From: a virus
Taxonomy: Duplodnaviria; Caudoviricetes
Virus record (IMG/VR): IMGVR_UViG_3300025000_000098
Span: 1 to 63,357 of that record
Length of the DNA: 63,357 nt
Direction: 5' to 3' (one strand)
The notes beneath the pieces are model-generated. The model worked only from the letters and a program-made list of their open reading frames with translations, did no database searches and was not told the DNA's origin. Positions 25,514 to 35,640 of this stretch are shown piece by piece. Both the position numbers and the translations under genes were made by a program. Numbering within the stretch: the stretch's first letter is position 1; the number at the start of each line of letters is the position of its first letter.

Positions 25514-26019
25514 CCGACGTAATGCTAGACCTTGAGACCATGGGGCGCGACCACGACGCTGCCATCATAGCCATAGGCGCTGTGCAGTTCGATCTGAAAG
25601 AGAAAACCCTCGGAAGCGAGTTTTATATTGTCGTCGATCTGGCCTCGGCAATGGCCGCAGGAGGGACGATCTCGGCGGACACCGTGCTCTGGTGGATGCA
25701 GCAAAGCGACGAGGCGAGAGCTGAGTTTAACCGTCCCGGGAAGGTCATTGACTATGCCCTGCGGATGTTCTCGGGCTGGGTGGCCGGACTCGGCCCGTTC
25801 GACGGCATCTGGGGCAACGGCGCAACGTTCGACAATGTGATCCTCCGCACCGCCTTCAACCGGCTGGATATCCCAGCGCCGTGGAACTTCCGCCAGGACC
25901 GCTGTTTCAGGACTGTAAAGGCTATCAGCCCTCCGGCGTGTTTGCACTCGGAAGGGACGGAGCACAAGGCACTTGACGATGCCAAGTGGCAGGCTCGATA
26001 CTTGATGGAGGTGCTGTGA
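25510..26019 (+). CDS. DEDDh 3'-5' exonuclease (Rv2179c/DUF5051-like)
   Basis: MLDLETMG, WGNGATFD, HKALDDA. Confidence 0.9.
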   Translation: MTDVMLDLETMGRDHDAAIIAIGAVQFDLKEKTLGSEFYIVVDLASAMAAGGTISADTVLWWMQQSDEARAEFNRPGKVIDYALRMFSGWVAGLGPFDGIWGNGATFDNVILRTAFNRLDIPAPWNFRQDRCFRTVKAISPPACLHSEGTEHKALDDAKWQARYLMEVL

Positions 26020-26080
26020 TGGGCTGGCCGGAAGCGTTTTGCATTGTTGGGTGTGTCTGGGCTGTCTGCTGGTTGTTCAA

Positions 26081-26485
26081 ATGACTCCCGAAGGACTGGT
26101 CAAGGACCAAGCAAAAAAGCTGCTCGCGCAGTATAAAATCTACCCTGCATCAAAAGTAGGATCAGGGCCGGAAGGCCGAAGTCTCCCGCTCGACGCCGCG
26201 GGCTGGTACTGGATGCCTATAAAAGGCGCTTCGTTCGGCGTCCGCGGTATCCCGGATTTTGAGGGGCACTACCTCGGACTGTACTTTGGGCTCGAAATTA
26301 AGAGAAAGACGAAGAAAGCTGAGGGTTTCCAGAAGCTTCAAGTGGAAGCGATCCAGTGTTCCGGCGGCGCATGTTTCGTCGTAGACGGACCTGATAGCCT
26401 GAAAGTGTTCGAGGGGTGGTTGGAGCGTGTAGGCAATGATCCACATCTTGAACTATCAAGAATGTTACGCAATGATTTACTGTAA
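26081..26485 (+). CDS. VRR-NUC nuclease / resolvase
   Basis: MTPEG.VK, GIPDF, LEIK, LQ, GG..FVV. Confidence 0.85.
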   Translation: MTPEGLVKDQAKKLLAQYKIYPASKVGSGPEGRSLPLDAAGWYWMPIKGASFGVRGIPDFEGHYLGLYFGLEIKRKTKKAEGFQKLQVEAIQCSGGACFVVDGPDSLKVFEGWLERVGNDPHLELSRMLRNDLL

Positions 26486-26804
26486 AACTTTTAAGGAGGG
26501 CGGGATGATCGAGGAGATCCGACAAACAATCTATAGACAGGCCATAGATGCTGAAGAAAAATGGCTTCTCGACAGTGTGTCCGAGTTGGTCGGTGACGAA
26601 GCTCCTTTACTCGAGAGGTTGTACGATACACTCAAAGAGAATCCATCGAGCAAGGTCGCCTTCAACGCCATGAAAAGTTTTCTCGACAAGCATAAGTTGG
26701 CAATAGCCAAGGCTCCGGATCGGGCTGGCGGTACTCTCAGTTGGAGGCCTTTTAACACCCTTATACTCAAGGATGGGGTCGTTGTCAGGAGGATGTATGA
26801 ATGA
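26472..26804 (+). CDS. Hypothetical protein
   Basis: ORF with internal RBS AAGGAGG. Confidence 0.6.
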   Translation: MIYCKTFKEGGMIEEIRQTIYRQAIDAEEKWLLDSVSELVGDEAPLLERLYDTLKENPSSKVAFNAMKSFLDKHKLAIAKAPDRAGGTLSWRPFNTLILKDGVVVRRMYE

Positions 26805-26979
26805 GACCCGACAAGCGGTTCCTCCAGTTAAGTTCTGTTGGGAATGTGGAAGAAAGCTGTACGGTAGGCACCACGTTCTTGCGACGATAGAAGGGCATCC
26901 CAAAACGCTCCACAAACAGTGCTACGACAATATCGTCCGAGAGGGAATACTCGAAGTAAGTGAGATAACAAGGAACTAA
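26797..26979 (+). CDS. Small zinc-finger protein
   Basis: CWEC...HKQC; RBS GGAGG. Confidence 0.65.
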   Translation: MNETRQAVPPVKFCWECGRKLYGRHHVLATIEGHPKTLHKQCYDNIVREGILEVSEITRN

Positions 26980-29496
26980 ATGACCCTCCGCATAATCAAC
27001 GACCACTACGTCCTGCCCACCGACGCCCCGGGCAAGCTGCAGGCCCTGTTCCCGCAGGCCAAAACAGCGAGGGTGCAAGGGCAGGACTACTGCGCGGTCC
27101 CTTTTTCTTTAGAAGCCGCCAGGATTTTGAACAACATTGGAATTCGAGCACCGTCCCCTATCCTCAGCCAGTACGACTGGCCCGGACGCTACCGCCCGAG
27201 GTGGTATCAAAAAGACACGGCGGAGTTCTTCACCCTCAATCTCAGGGCGCACTGCCACAGCGCTCCTCGGTGCGTAGACGGATCTACTGAGTTCCTTACC
27301 CCTACAGGGTGGAAGAGAATCGACGCTTACGTGGAAGGAGACACAGTAGCACAGTGGAATCCGGATACTGACCAGGCCGAGTTCGTCAGTCCGTTGGAGT
27401 ATGTTGATATGCCTTGTGACAAAATGGTCCACCTGCGAACGTCTACAGGCATTGACCAGATGCTCACCAGGAACCACAGGATGCCGTATTTTGCCTGCGG
27501 AAGCACGAAGCTCTCGGAGACTACTGCAGGTGAGGTGTATCGCCTGAACCAGGCGCAAGTTTATGGGTGGAGAGGAAGAGTACCTGTAACCTTCAAAGCT
27601 CCGGATCGCCCGGGACTACCACTGACAGACGCGGAATTACGCGTGATGGTGATGACCATCGCAGATGGATGGTTTCAGAGCAAAACCCCTCGTTGCCATG
27701 TCCGGGTAAAGAAAGAGCGTAAGAAGGAACGAGCAAGAGAAATTCTCGCGTCTGCGGGTATTGAGTTCGGGGAGTACGCTAAAGATCATCCGACGGCGAA
27801 GGGATATTCTATATTTAGGTTCACAGCACCAAGGCGAGAAAAAGAATTTACACAGTTTTGGTGGGACGCTTCGCCTCACCAGCTCGAAATTATTCTTGAC
27901 GAAGTGCAGTACTGGGACTCCAGCTACCGAAGATCTTCAGCGTTCGCTTTCAGTTCGTATAGTCTTCCCTCAGCAGAATTTATCCAGTATGCGGCGGTGG
28001 CATCGAAGCGAGTGGCTTCGCTGAATACTCTCACGAGAGAGCGAAGAGGGGCCGTAGAGCGGGAGCACGTTGTGTACATCAGAGGTGACGGAACGCCTTT
28101 GGGCATAGGTGCCAGACCGAGTAACAAGCAAGAAAACTCATTGATAGTACAGGCTCCAGGCGGGCGGTGCTATTGCTTTACTGTCCCCTCGACGTACTTC
28201 ATAGCTCGCAGGAACGGTTGTGTGTTCATCACCGGCAACACCGGGAAGACCCTCAGCTCCCTCTGGGCCGCGGACTACCTGCGTAGGACCGGCAAGATCA
28301 AGAGGACGCTGATAGTCGCTCCGTTGTCCACTCTCTGGGATGTCTGGGAGCAAAATATCTTCGAGTCCTTCCCGCTCAGGACCTTCTGCGTGCTGCACGG
28401 TAGCCGGGAGAAACGGCTCAAGCTTATGGAGCAGCCGCATGACTTCTACATCACCAATCACCACGGCGTGCAGATCCTGGAAAAAGCCCTGGCTAAACGT
28501 CCCGACATTGACCTGGTGATAATCGATGAGGTGGCAACGCTGCGCAATACCCGGGCCAAGACCCTGTTCAAGCCGCTGAACAACGTCCTGAACCATCAAG
28601 GGATCGTCCGGGCGGCCTGGGGCCTGACCGGCACCCCGACACCCAACGAACCGACCGACGCCTTCGGCCAGTGCAAGCTGATCACGCCGGAGAATTACCA
28701 TGGCCACTTCACCAGTTTTAAGCATGAGACCATGCTGCAGTTCGGCCCGTTCAAGTGGGTACCCAAGCGCGGCTGTGAGACCTCGGTAGCGCGGATACTG
28801 AAACCCTCTATCCGCTTCGAGCGATCAGTCTGCACTGATATGGAGCCCTGTTATATTGAACGAAGGGCACAGCTCTCAGAAGAACAGACCAAGGCCTATA
28901 AGCAACTGCTCCGCCAGGCCTCGACAGAGGTGCAAGGCTCAACCATCACAGCAGTCAATGCCGCAGTGCTGGCCAGTAAGATCATCCAGGTCGCGTCTGG
29001 CGTGGTTATTTCCGCTGACGGATCGCTGGTTAAGATGGACTTCGGCCCCCGGTTGTCCGTCCTTGAGGAGTTGATTGAAGAGAACGACGAGAAGGTGCTG
29101 GTCTTCGTGCCGTTCACCGGGGTCCTTGATGCTCTGGCAACCGAGCTGCGCAAGCGCTGGTCTGTGGCAGTGGTGGACGGCGGGGTGTCAGTCGGGAGGC
29201 GCAACCAGATATTCAGAGACTTTCGGACGCTCAAAGATCCGCACGTCCTTATCTGCCACCCTGATTGTATGAGCCACGGTTTAGATTTGACAGCCGCTAC
29301 GTTATCTATATGGTACTCAGCGTACTGGAAATCAGAGAAGTACCAGCAGGCGAACTGCAGGACAGACGGCAGTAAGCAGACCGTCAAGATCGACATCGCC
29401 CGGATTTATGCAACGCCAGAAGAACGGCGGATCTACGACGTACTCGAAGGCCGCGGCCGGTTTCAGGATATTGTTCTCGGGCTCTCAAATAAATAG
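26980..29496 (+). CDS. SNF2-family helicase containing an intein
   Basis: Split Walker A SAPR|TGKT, IIDE, LTGTPTPN, HGLDLT. Confidence 0.9.
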   Translation: MTLRIINDHYVLPTDAPGKLQALFPQAKTARVQGQDYCAVPFSLEAARILNNIGIRAPSPILSQYDWPGRYRPRWYQKDTAEFFTLNLRAHCHSAPRCVDGSTEFLTPTGWKRIDAYVEGDTVAQWNPDTDQAEFVSPLEYVDMPCDKMVHLRTSTGIDQMLTRNHRMPYFACGSTKLSETTAGEVYRLNQAQVYGWRGRVPVTFKAPDRPGLPLTDAELRVMVMTIADGWFQSKTPRCHVRVKKERKKERAREILASAGIEFGEYAKDHPTAKGYSIFRFTAPRREKEFTQFWWDASPHQLEIILDEVQYWDSSYRRSSAFAFSSYSLPSAEFIQYAAVASKRVASLNTLTRERRGAVEREHVVYIRGDGTPLGIGARPSNKQENSLIVQAPGGRCYCFTVPSTYFIARRNGCVFITGNTGKTLSSLWAADYLRRTGKIKRTLIVAPLSTLWDVWEQNIFESFPLRTFCVLHGSREKRLKLMEQPHDFYITNHHGVQILEKALAKRPDIDLVIIDEVATLRNTRAKTLFKPLNNVLNHQGIVRAAWGLTGTPTPNEPTDAFGQCKLITPENYHGHFTSFKHETMLQFGPFKWVPKRGCETSVARILKPSIRFERSVCTDMEPCYIERRAQLSEEQTKAYKQLLRQASTEVQGSTITAVNAAVLASKIIQVASGVVISADGSLVKMDFGPRLSVLEELIEENDEKVLVFVPFTGVLDALATELRKRWSVAVVDGGVSVGRRNQIFRDFRTLKDPHVLICHPDCMSHGLDLTAATLSIWYSAYWKSEKYQQANCRTDGSKQTVKIDIARIYATPEERRIYDVLEGRGRFQDIVLGLSNK
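27271..28239 (+). mobile_element. Intein (323 aa) with LAGLIDADG-type endonuclease domain
   Basis: Starts CVDGSTEFLT, block B TRNH, TIADG block, ends ITGN before Thr. Confidence 0.92.
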
Positions 29497-29611
29497 TAAA
29501 CCCCCTATCAAATAATCCTTGATTTCCTTTTCAGGATGTGTTAAGTAGTAGACATAAAGAGTGAGGCCACAAAGTCGCCTCCAGTAGCCGTACAACTTAC
29601 AGGAGAGAGGT

Positions 29612-29872
29612 ATGGACAAAGTAAACTTTTTCAAAGCGCAAGAAATGCCGGGCTCCGGCAACAAGGTTCAGTCGAAGCAACTCAGATTTGTTCAGCCACT
29701 ACCCGAGTACACGGACATGAAGTTCCACATGAACATGCTGGAAACCCAAGGCAAGCTGCTGGCCAAAGAATTGATATCGGTGCTTCCACAAGGAGTTGTG
29801 GACATACTCCTGATTGAGCTGCTTGACCACACCAGATCGCTGTTAAGCGTGGTTCATCCGAAGGCAAAGTAA
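29612..29872 (+). CDS. Hypothetical protein
   Basis: RBS AGGAGAGAGG. Confidence 0.7.
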   Translation: MDKVNFFKAQEMPGSGNKVQSKQLRFVQPLPEYTDMKFHMNMLETQGKLLAKELISVLPQGVVDILLIELLDHTRSLLSVVHPKAK

Positions 29873-30081
29873 TGGGCAACAACCGACGAGAAAATTATAA
29901 ATTCGATCCGCCTAAAAAGGAGAGACTGCTGGCGCAGTCGTCACAGCATTCGACAAAAATAATAGGTACGGCCAATCCGCCTTCCTTAGAGGCATCTACT
30001 TTACCCGCCTCACTGATGCTGCCGGTGGCATCACAATTGGCCGACACCGGAGAAGTTAAACCTAAAACCAAGGAGAAACCT

Positions 30082-30480
30082 ATGTCGCAACCTGTAACAG
30101 CCGAGGTGGTTATCGCCGCCTACATCAAGACAAGGGATGAGATCGAGGCCAAGACCAAGGCTCTCAATGCCGAGCTTGCCGAACTCAAGGCCATCCAGGA
30201 GAAGCGGGCCATGTGGCTCATGGGTACCATGGACAAGATCGGCGCAACGAGCATCAAGGGCAGCGCCGGCACCGCCTTCATCGACTGGAAAGATTCAGCG
30301 ACAGTCTCCGACGCCCCTGCATTCCTCGACTGGGTCCATTCGGACTGGGAAGAGAACAAGACTTTCCTGGAGAACCGGGTTTCTAAAACAGCCGTTAAAC
30401 AAAGGCTCGAGGACGGCAAGACCCCGCCTCCCGGTGTGTCGTACACCAAGGTTAAGGATATTAAGATAAGAAGAAGTTGA
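30082..30480 (+). CDS. Coiled-coil replication-module protein
   Basis: RBS AAGGAG; frame is also open upstream to 29872. Confidence 0.75.
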   Translation: MSQPVTAEVVIAAYIKTRDEIEAKTKALNAELAELKAIQEKRAMWLMGTMDKIGATSIKGSAGTAFIDWKDSATVSDAPAFLDWVHSDWEENKTFLENRVSKTAVKQRLEDGKTPPPGVSYTKVKDIKIRRS

Positions 30481-30530
30481 ACCAGCCTCCCTCAGAGGCA
30501 TAACCAAACACCCATTCAAGGAGAATAGAA

Positions 30531-31640
30531 ATGGCAAACGAACTTACTCTCGTAATTCCAGAAGCATCAGCAGTCCCTGCATTCCTCCGTAACCCCGAGT
30601 TGGCAAAGGCAGCCAACGAAGAGGCGGCAGCAGGCATCAGTACAGGCTTTCCAGCCCGTGTAAAACTCTCGGGTAAGCAGTGGATGCTGGTCGACGGCAA
30701 CGGTGAGGAGAAACCCTTCCCGCCGGCAAAACTGTTCGCCGCACCTGATGACAATGTCTACTTCCCGATGGTCGTCCTGCGGGCTAAGAAAGCCCTCAGT
30801 AAGGCCTGGTACCTGAAGAAGTACAGCCCGAACGCTACTGACTTCGTCCCACCGGACTGCTTCAGTAACGACGGTGAACGGCCGGACGCTACCTCGCCTT
30901 CGCCACAGAGCGAGACCTGTGCAGCCTGCCCGCATAACGCCTTCGGCTCCGGCACCGATCAGGACGGCAACGCCACCAAGGGCAAGGCCTGTTCCGATGC
31001 CAAGATCCTGGCGGTCTTCGTCCCGGGCTTTGGTGTGCATTCCTTCAAGCTGCCGCCAGCATCCTTAAAGAACTTCGGGCTGTATGTCAAACAGCTCTCG
31101 GCTGCCGGCATCCCGCTCACCACGGTCAAGACCCTGGTTGGCTTCGATCTCACCCAGACCTACCCCGTCCTGGTCTTCCAGTACGGCGGCTTTATTGGGC
31201 AGGGACAGCCCGAGGACAAGCAGCGGGCCATGATCGATCACTTCGCCAAGATGGCAACCTCCGTCGAGGTGGAGGACATCGTCAATCCGATCGCCGTGCC
31301 TTCAACAAAGCAGATCGCCGCGCCTGCGGCTCAGGCTCCGCCCCCTCCTCCGGAGGACGACATGGGGATCGGTGGCCTGCTTGAAGACGGTGCTGCCGCT
31401 GCCGAGGCAGAAGCTGAGGCGAAGAAAAAAGTCGCTGCTGAGGCCGCTGCCAAGAAAAAGAAAGCCGCTGCTGACAAGAAAGCCAAGGAAGACGCTGCTG
31501 CCAAAGCTGCCGCCAACAAGACTGCGGTCGCATCCTCCATGGAGGCTGACTTCGATATGGAGATGAACGGCCCTGCACCTGACGCCGGTGCCGGCAGTGG
31601 TCCGTCGGACGACGACCTGATGAAGGAACTTGGGCTGTAA
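30531..31640 (+). CDS. Putative ssDNA-binding protein
   Basis: Position in replication module, CAACPHN...C motif, Ala/Lys linker, acidic tail. Confidence 0.6.
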   Translation: MANELTLVIPEASAVPAFLRNPELAKAANEEAAAGISTGFPARVKLSGKQWMLVDGNGEEKPFPPAKLFAAPDDNVYFPMVVLRAKKALSKAWYLKKYSPNATDFVPPDCFSNDGERPDATSPSPQSETCAACPHNAFGSGTDQDGNATKGKACSDAKILAVFVPGFGVHSFKLPPASLKNFGLYVKQLSAAGIPLTTVKTLVGFDLTQTYPVLVFQYGGFIGQGQPEDKQRAMIDHFAKMATSVEVEDIVNPIAVPSTKQIAAPAAQAPPPPPEDDMGIGGLLEDGAAAAEAEAEAKKKVAAEAAAKKKKAAADKKAKEDAAAKAAANKTAVASSMEADFDMEMNGPAPDAGAGSGPSDDDLMKELGL

Positions 31641-31663
31641 TTTAAGTAGGTAAATACTCTATG

Positions 31664-31688
31664 CCTCCCCTTCGGGGGAGGTTCTCTC
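31664..31688 (+). terminator. Intrinsic terminator-like hairpin
   Basis: CCTCCCC-TTCG-GGGGAGG followed by TTCTCT. Confidence 0.65.
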
Positions 31689-31698
31689 AGGAGGACGT

Positions 31699-31929
31699 AT
31701 GCTAAAAAGAATGGCAGGCACACCGCTGCTCAAGAAAATGGAGTTTACGTTCACATGCGAACTAACAATAAATTCTCATGTAGAGGACACTAAACTCCCT
31801 GAGTATATTCAGCAACAGTTGGCAGTTATGTTTGCCGACAAGCAGACACGTGTGGCAGTTAAAAGGGTTATCCGCAACGGCGAAGGGATCATAGAGGATA
31901 TATACCTAGTTTTCAACAAAGCAGTATAA
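31699..31929 (+). CDS. Hypothetical protein
   Basis: RBS AGGAGG. Confidence 0.7.
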   Translation: MLKRMAGTPLLKKMEFTFTCELTINSHVEDTKLPEYIQQQLAVMFADKQTRVAVKRVIRNGEGIIEDIYLVFNKAV

Positions 31930-31942
31930 AAAGGACCAGACC

Positions 31943-32239
31943 ATGGCAACGCCAGCAAAGATCAACGCGAAAGTAGAGTATATCCTCGAAGCACTGGACA
32001 AGTCGCACGTCAGCATGACGGACTTCTCAAAACTTACCCGGGTCTCCAGGATGTCTCTGTATAAATGGAAGGCAGGGAGCAAGATCTCCGACATGCTTCG
32101 TCTCGACCTGGCGTACACCGTTGCTACACGACTGGAGAAGGCTTGCCGGTTGGGGAAACTCCCGCTTGTTGACAGGTACAAACCCGAGCCTCGCAGGAAG
32201 CTCCTGCGGAAAATCATTGCAGAGATGGCCACGAAGTAG
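31943..32239 (+). CDS. HTH DNA-binding protein
   Basis: VSMTDFSKLTRVSRMSLYKWKAG. Confidence 0.75.
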   Translation: MATPAKINAKVEYILEALDKSHVSMTDFSKLTRVSRMSLYKWKAGSKISDMLRLDLAYTVATRLEKACRLGKLPLVDRYKPEPRRKLLRKIIAEMATK

Positions 32240-32280
32240 TTATTTGTTAAGTCCCGATACACTACTCACGTGGAGGCTCA

Positions 32281-35160
32281 ATGTTCCTCAGAAAACTCCT
32301 TCCCTCCGAAGGATATTATTGTGTAGCCATGCTGCTGCAGAGCGGAGGCTTCCGTCATTTCTGGTATCCGCACCTGGACCAGGCCGAACGGCAGTTGTCA
32401 GCGCTGAATAACGACGGCCATACTGTCTATATAGCACAGGCTACCTTCGATCCGGAGAGCATCACCGAGGCCCAGAGCCACAACAAGGCCTTGCCCAAAG
32501 GCCACAGCCGGGACCAGCGCAAGAAAGAGCGCAGCCAGGCCAACGCCATCAAGCTGAAGAACTTCTTCCTGGACATCGACTGCGGTGAGAAGTGGCCCCT
32601 GAAGAATCAGGTCGAAGGCGTGCAGGCCCTCAAACAGTTCATCGCTGACACCGACCTGCCCTTCCCGGCCGTCGTCAACTCCGGCAACGGACTGTACGCT
32701 CATTGGATACTTGAAGAGGCGATCCCTGCCAGTCAGTGGCAGACCATTGCCCAACTACTAAAAAGAGTAGTAGCGAAATACGCCCCGGCGATCGGCGGCG
32801 ACTCCTCGAGGACCTCCGACTCGGCCTCAGTGCTGAGAGCCCCGGGTACCTCCAACCGCAAGCCTGGGAAACCTGAGAAGCAGGTCCTGCTCTTAAAGGA
32901 TGCCGAGCCGATCCCGTTCATGGTCTTCGTCCGTGCCCTGTCCGACGCCGCGAGGAGACAGTCGATCGATAGAACGGCAGTGCTGCCGCCCAAACCCGCA
33001 ACAGACATCAACGCTGAGTTCTCCGCCGGCCTTGATCTGCAGAGTGTCCCGAGCCTTGCCGATAAGATAGCCGACAACTGCGCCCAGCTCGCCGCCATGC
33101 GCGAGTCCGGCGGGAATATGTCCGAACCTGCGTGGTACGCCTGCATCGGGGTTTTGGTGCATTGCTTGGGAGCTGCTGAGATTATCCACCAGTGGTCGAG
33201 CGGCCATCCGGATTACAGCCAGTCCCAGACCGACGCCAAGATCCTCCAGTGGCAAGACGCCGGCATCGGCCCTACGACCTGCAGCAAGTTCGGTGAGATC
33301 AATGCCGAGAAGTGCATCGGCTGCCGGAGCAACGGCAAGATAAAGAGCCCGATCATGCTGGGCCGGCCGGAGCCGGTTGTTAAAGAGGTGCCAGAGGAGC
33401 AATGCACTCCACCCGACGGCTTCAAGCGCGGCGAGGACGGCCTGTACGCCGAGGAGGATGGGCGCTGGCTGCGTTTCTACGACCAGGACTTATATCCAGA
33501 CGCCCTGGCCTACGACGAGAGCCTGGGCTACGAGGTGATGTCAATCAAGCACAGCCTGCCGCACGACGGCGAGATGGAGTGCACCATCCGCTCGTCCATG
33601 GTGAACGACCCGAAAGCCTTGATGACCCTGCTGTCAGATAACCACATCAAAGTAGTAGGGACGAAGGAGAAGAAGTATATGACCGCATATTTAGAAGGCT
33701 ACGCCGCACGCCTGCAACGCCAGCGCCGGATGTCCATGCTGCTCTGCCAGATGGGCTGGAAACTCGACAGGGCCAGTCAGCCGATCTTCGTCCTCGGCAA
33801 GAAAATCTTCCACGCCGACGGCCGGATAGAGGACGCCAGCCTGGCACGAAACGTACCCAAATCAGCGGGAGGCTACCACTCAGCGGGCTCCTTGGATAAA
33901 TGGTCCGAGGCCACTGAGATCCTCGATATGCCTGGGATGGAGCCGTTTGCTTTCGCTCTGCTTGCCGGCGGCTTCGGCGCTCCCTTGATGAAATTCACCG
34001 GCTTCGACGGTGCTCTGGTCTCAATGTACGGGCAGTCAGGCTCCGGTAAGACGCTTATGCTGCGCATGGCCCAGTCAGTCTGGGGGTTCCATCAGGACCT
34101 GATGATGCTGCGGGCCGACACTTCGAACGCCTTGATCGGCCGGCTGGGAGTCTCGGGCAACCTACCCCTGACGATAGACGAAGTGACGAACATGGAGGGC
34201 ATGGTTTTAAGTGACCTCGTCTACCAGATAACCCAAGGCCGGGAGAAAGTCCGGCTGACCCGTGACGCCAAGGAGCGAAATAACATCAATACCTGGAACA
34301 CCCTGGCGGTGACGACCTCCAACACCTCACTGGTAGACAAGCTCTCAGGGGCGAAACACGACGCCAGTGCAGAGATCAACCGAGTATTCGAGTATCCGGT
34401 CATGGAGCACTCAAAGTTCCGTGACGACGTCACAGAGCGCATATTCTGGACCATCCATGAGAACTACGGCCATGCCGGCGAGATCTACGCCCAGTGGCTG
34501 GTGCAGAACCACAAGACAATTAAACGACATTTGGATTTGATCAAGGCAAATATAGACTGCAAGGCGGAGATCACCGGTGATGAGAGGTTCTGGTCAGCGG
34601 TGGCGGCGGTGTCGATCTACGGCGGGCTGGTCGCCCAGAAACTCGGGCTGATCAGGTTCAACGTGCTGAACGTGAAGAAGTGGGTCGAGGCGACGATATG
34701 GAACATGCGCACTGACAAGAAAGACCTGGCCGGCGACTCGATCGGCATCCTCGGACAGTTCATTGATGACCATGCGGCGAACCGTATCCTGGTGAAGAAC
34801 AACACTGTCGGCACCGGCCGCAACTGCATTATCGTCGAACCGCCGCGGGGCGCTCTGGTCATGCGCTACGAGCTGGACACCCGCCGCCTGTTCTTCTCAC
34901 GCAAAGTCTTCCAGCACTGGCTGGCCAAACGCTTCGGCTCGTATACCCAGGTCAAGAACGATCTGCAGGCCTGCGGTGCCCTGCTCAACCCCAACGCCCG
35001 CAAGACCTTGGGTGCCGGCACTTTCTTCGGGGGCTCACAGCAGGTAGTCTGGGAGATCGACATGCGCAACCGTCGGCTGGAGCCGGTGGCTGTACCCTTG
35101 GTGGAGATGGCCGATGACCTGGCCAAAGACCCACGACATATGAATATTGAGGAAGTATGA
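32281..35160 (+). CDS. Primase-helicase (AEP/RepB-like, PriCT-like, DUF927-like ATPase)
   Basis: FLDID, SGNGLYAHW, VLRAPGT.N, Cys cluster, GQSGSGKT, IDE. Confidence 0.88.
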   Translation: MFLRKLLPSEGYYCVAMLLQSGGFRHFWYPHLDQAERQLSALNNDGHTVYIAQATFDPESITEAQSHNKALPKGHSRDQRKKERSQANAIKLKNFFLDIDCGEKWPLKNQVEGVQALKQFIADTDLPFPAVVNSGNGLYAHWILEEAIPASQWQTIAQLLKRVVAKYAPAIGGDSSRTSDSASVLRAPGTSNRKPGKPEKQVLLLKDAEPIPFMVFVRALSDAARRQSIDRTAVLPPKPATDINAEFSAGLDLQSVPSLADKIADNCAQLAAMRESGGNMSEPAWYACIGVLVHCLGAAEIIHQWSSGHPDYSQSQTDAKILQWQDAGIGPTTCSKFGEINAEKCIGCRSNGKIKSPIMLGRPEPVVKEVPEEQCTPPDGFKRGEDGLYAEEDGRWLRFYDQDLYPDALAYDESLGYEVMSIKHSLPHDGEMECTIRSSMVNDPKALMTLLSDNHIKVVGTKEKKYMTAYLEGYAARLQRQRRMSMLLCQMGWKLDRASQPIFVLGKKIFHADGRIEDASLARNVPKSAGGYHSAGSLDKWSEATEILDMPGMEPFAFALLAGGFGAPLMKFTGFDGALVSMYGQSGSGKTLMLRMAQSVWGFHQDLMMLRADTSNALIGRLGVSGNLPLTIDEVTNMEGMVLSDLVYQITQGREKVRLTRDAKERNNINTWNTLAVTTSNTSLVDKLSGAKHDASAEINRVFEYPVMEHSKFRDDVTERIFWTIHENYGHAGEIYAQWLVQNHKTIKRHLDLIKANIDCKAEITGDERFWSAVAAVSIYGGLVAQKLGLIRFNVLNVKKWVEATIWNMRTDKKDLAGDSIGILGQFIDDHAANRILVKNNTVGTGRNCIIVEPPRGALVMRYELDTRRLFFSRKVFQHWLAKRFGSYTQVKNDLQACGALLNPNARKTLGAGTFFGGSQQVVWEIDMRNRRLEPVAVPLVEMADDLAKDPRHMNIEEV

Positions 35161-35161
35161 G

Positions 35162-35377
35162 ATGAAGGTATTCAGACCGAATAACAACAAACATGCGCTT
35201 GACCTAGACCCGTCGGATGAGTTCTTCAGACGTTCTCACGGGGCAATAGAGGTTGAGCACACGCTTTGCGGGTACGCCTGCGAAGAGTGGGGTTATACAG
35301 ACTACACTACTGTGAAGAAGATCACTTGTCAGCATTGCCTTGAGGTAATCAGGGAGTGTAAAGGGTACAAACTATGA
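35162..35377 (+). CDS. Small zinc-binding protein
   Basis: H...TLCG...ITCQHC. Confidence 0.65.
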   Translation: MKVFRPNNNKHALDLDPSDEFFRRSHGAIEVEHTLCGYACEEWGYTDYTTVKKITCQHCLEVIRECKGYKL

Positions 35378-35640
35378 AACTACTGAGCGATGACCACATA
35401 CAAATGAAGAAAGACATAGAGGCCTTACGACGAGGAAATACTGCGTTGCTCGAAGCACTGATGGATATGTGCGACCAGTACCTGAGCGATCTTGATGGCG
35501 ACGTTTGTCACCACGGGTTCATGTCGGCCGGGGAGCAGGCGTTGGCGCTACTGGAGAAAGCTGGGATGGCCTCAACGTCTGACGGCGTAACTTACGAACT
35601 TCAGTATTCAGCGCTTGAGAAACGGAAGGAGTCCGAATGA
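35374..35640 (+). CDS. Hypothetical protein
   Basis: Coupled ORF, HGFMSAGE motif. Confidence 0.7.
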   Translation: MKLLSDDHIQMKKDIEALRRGNTALLEALMDMCDQYLSDLDGDVCHHGFMSAGEQALALLEKAGMASTSDGVTYELQYSALEKRKESE

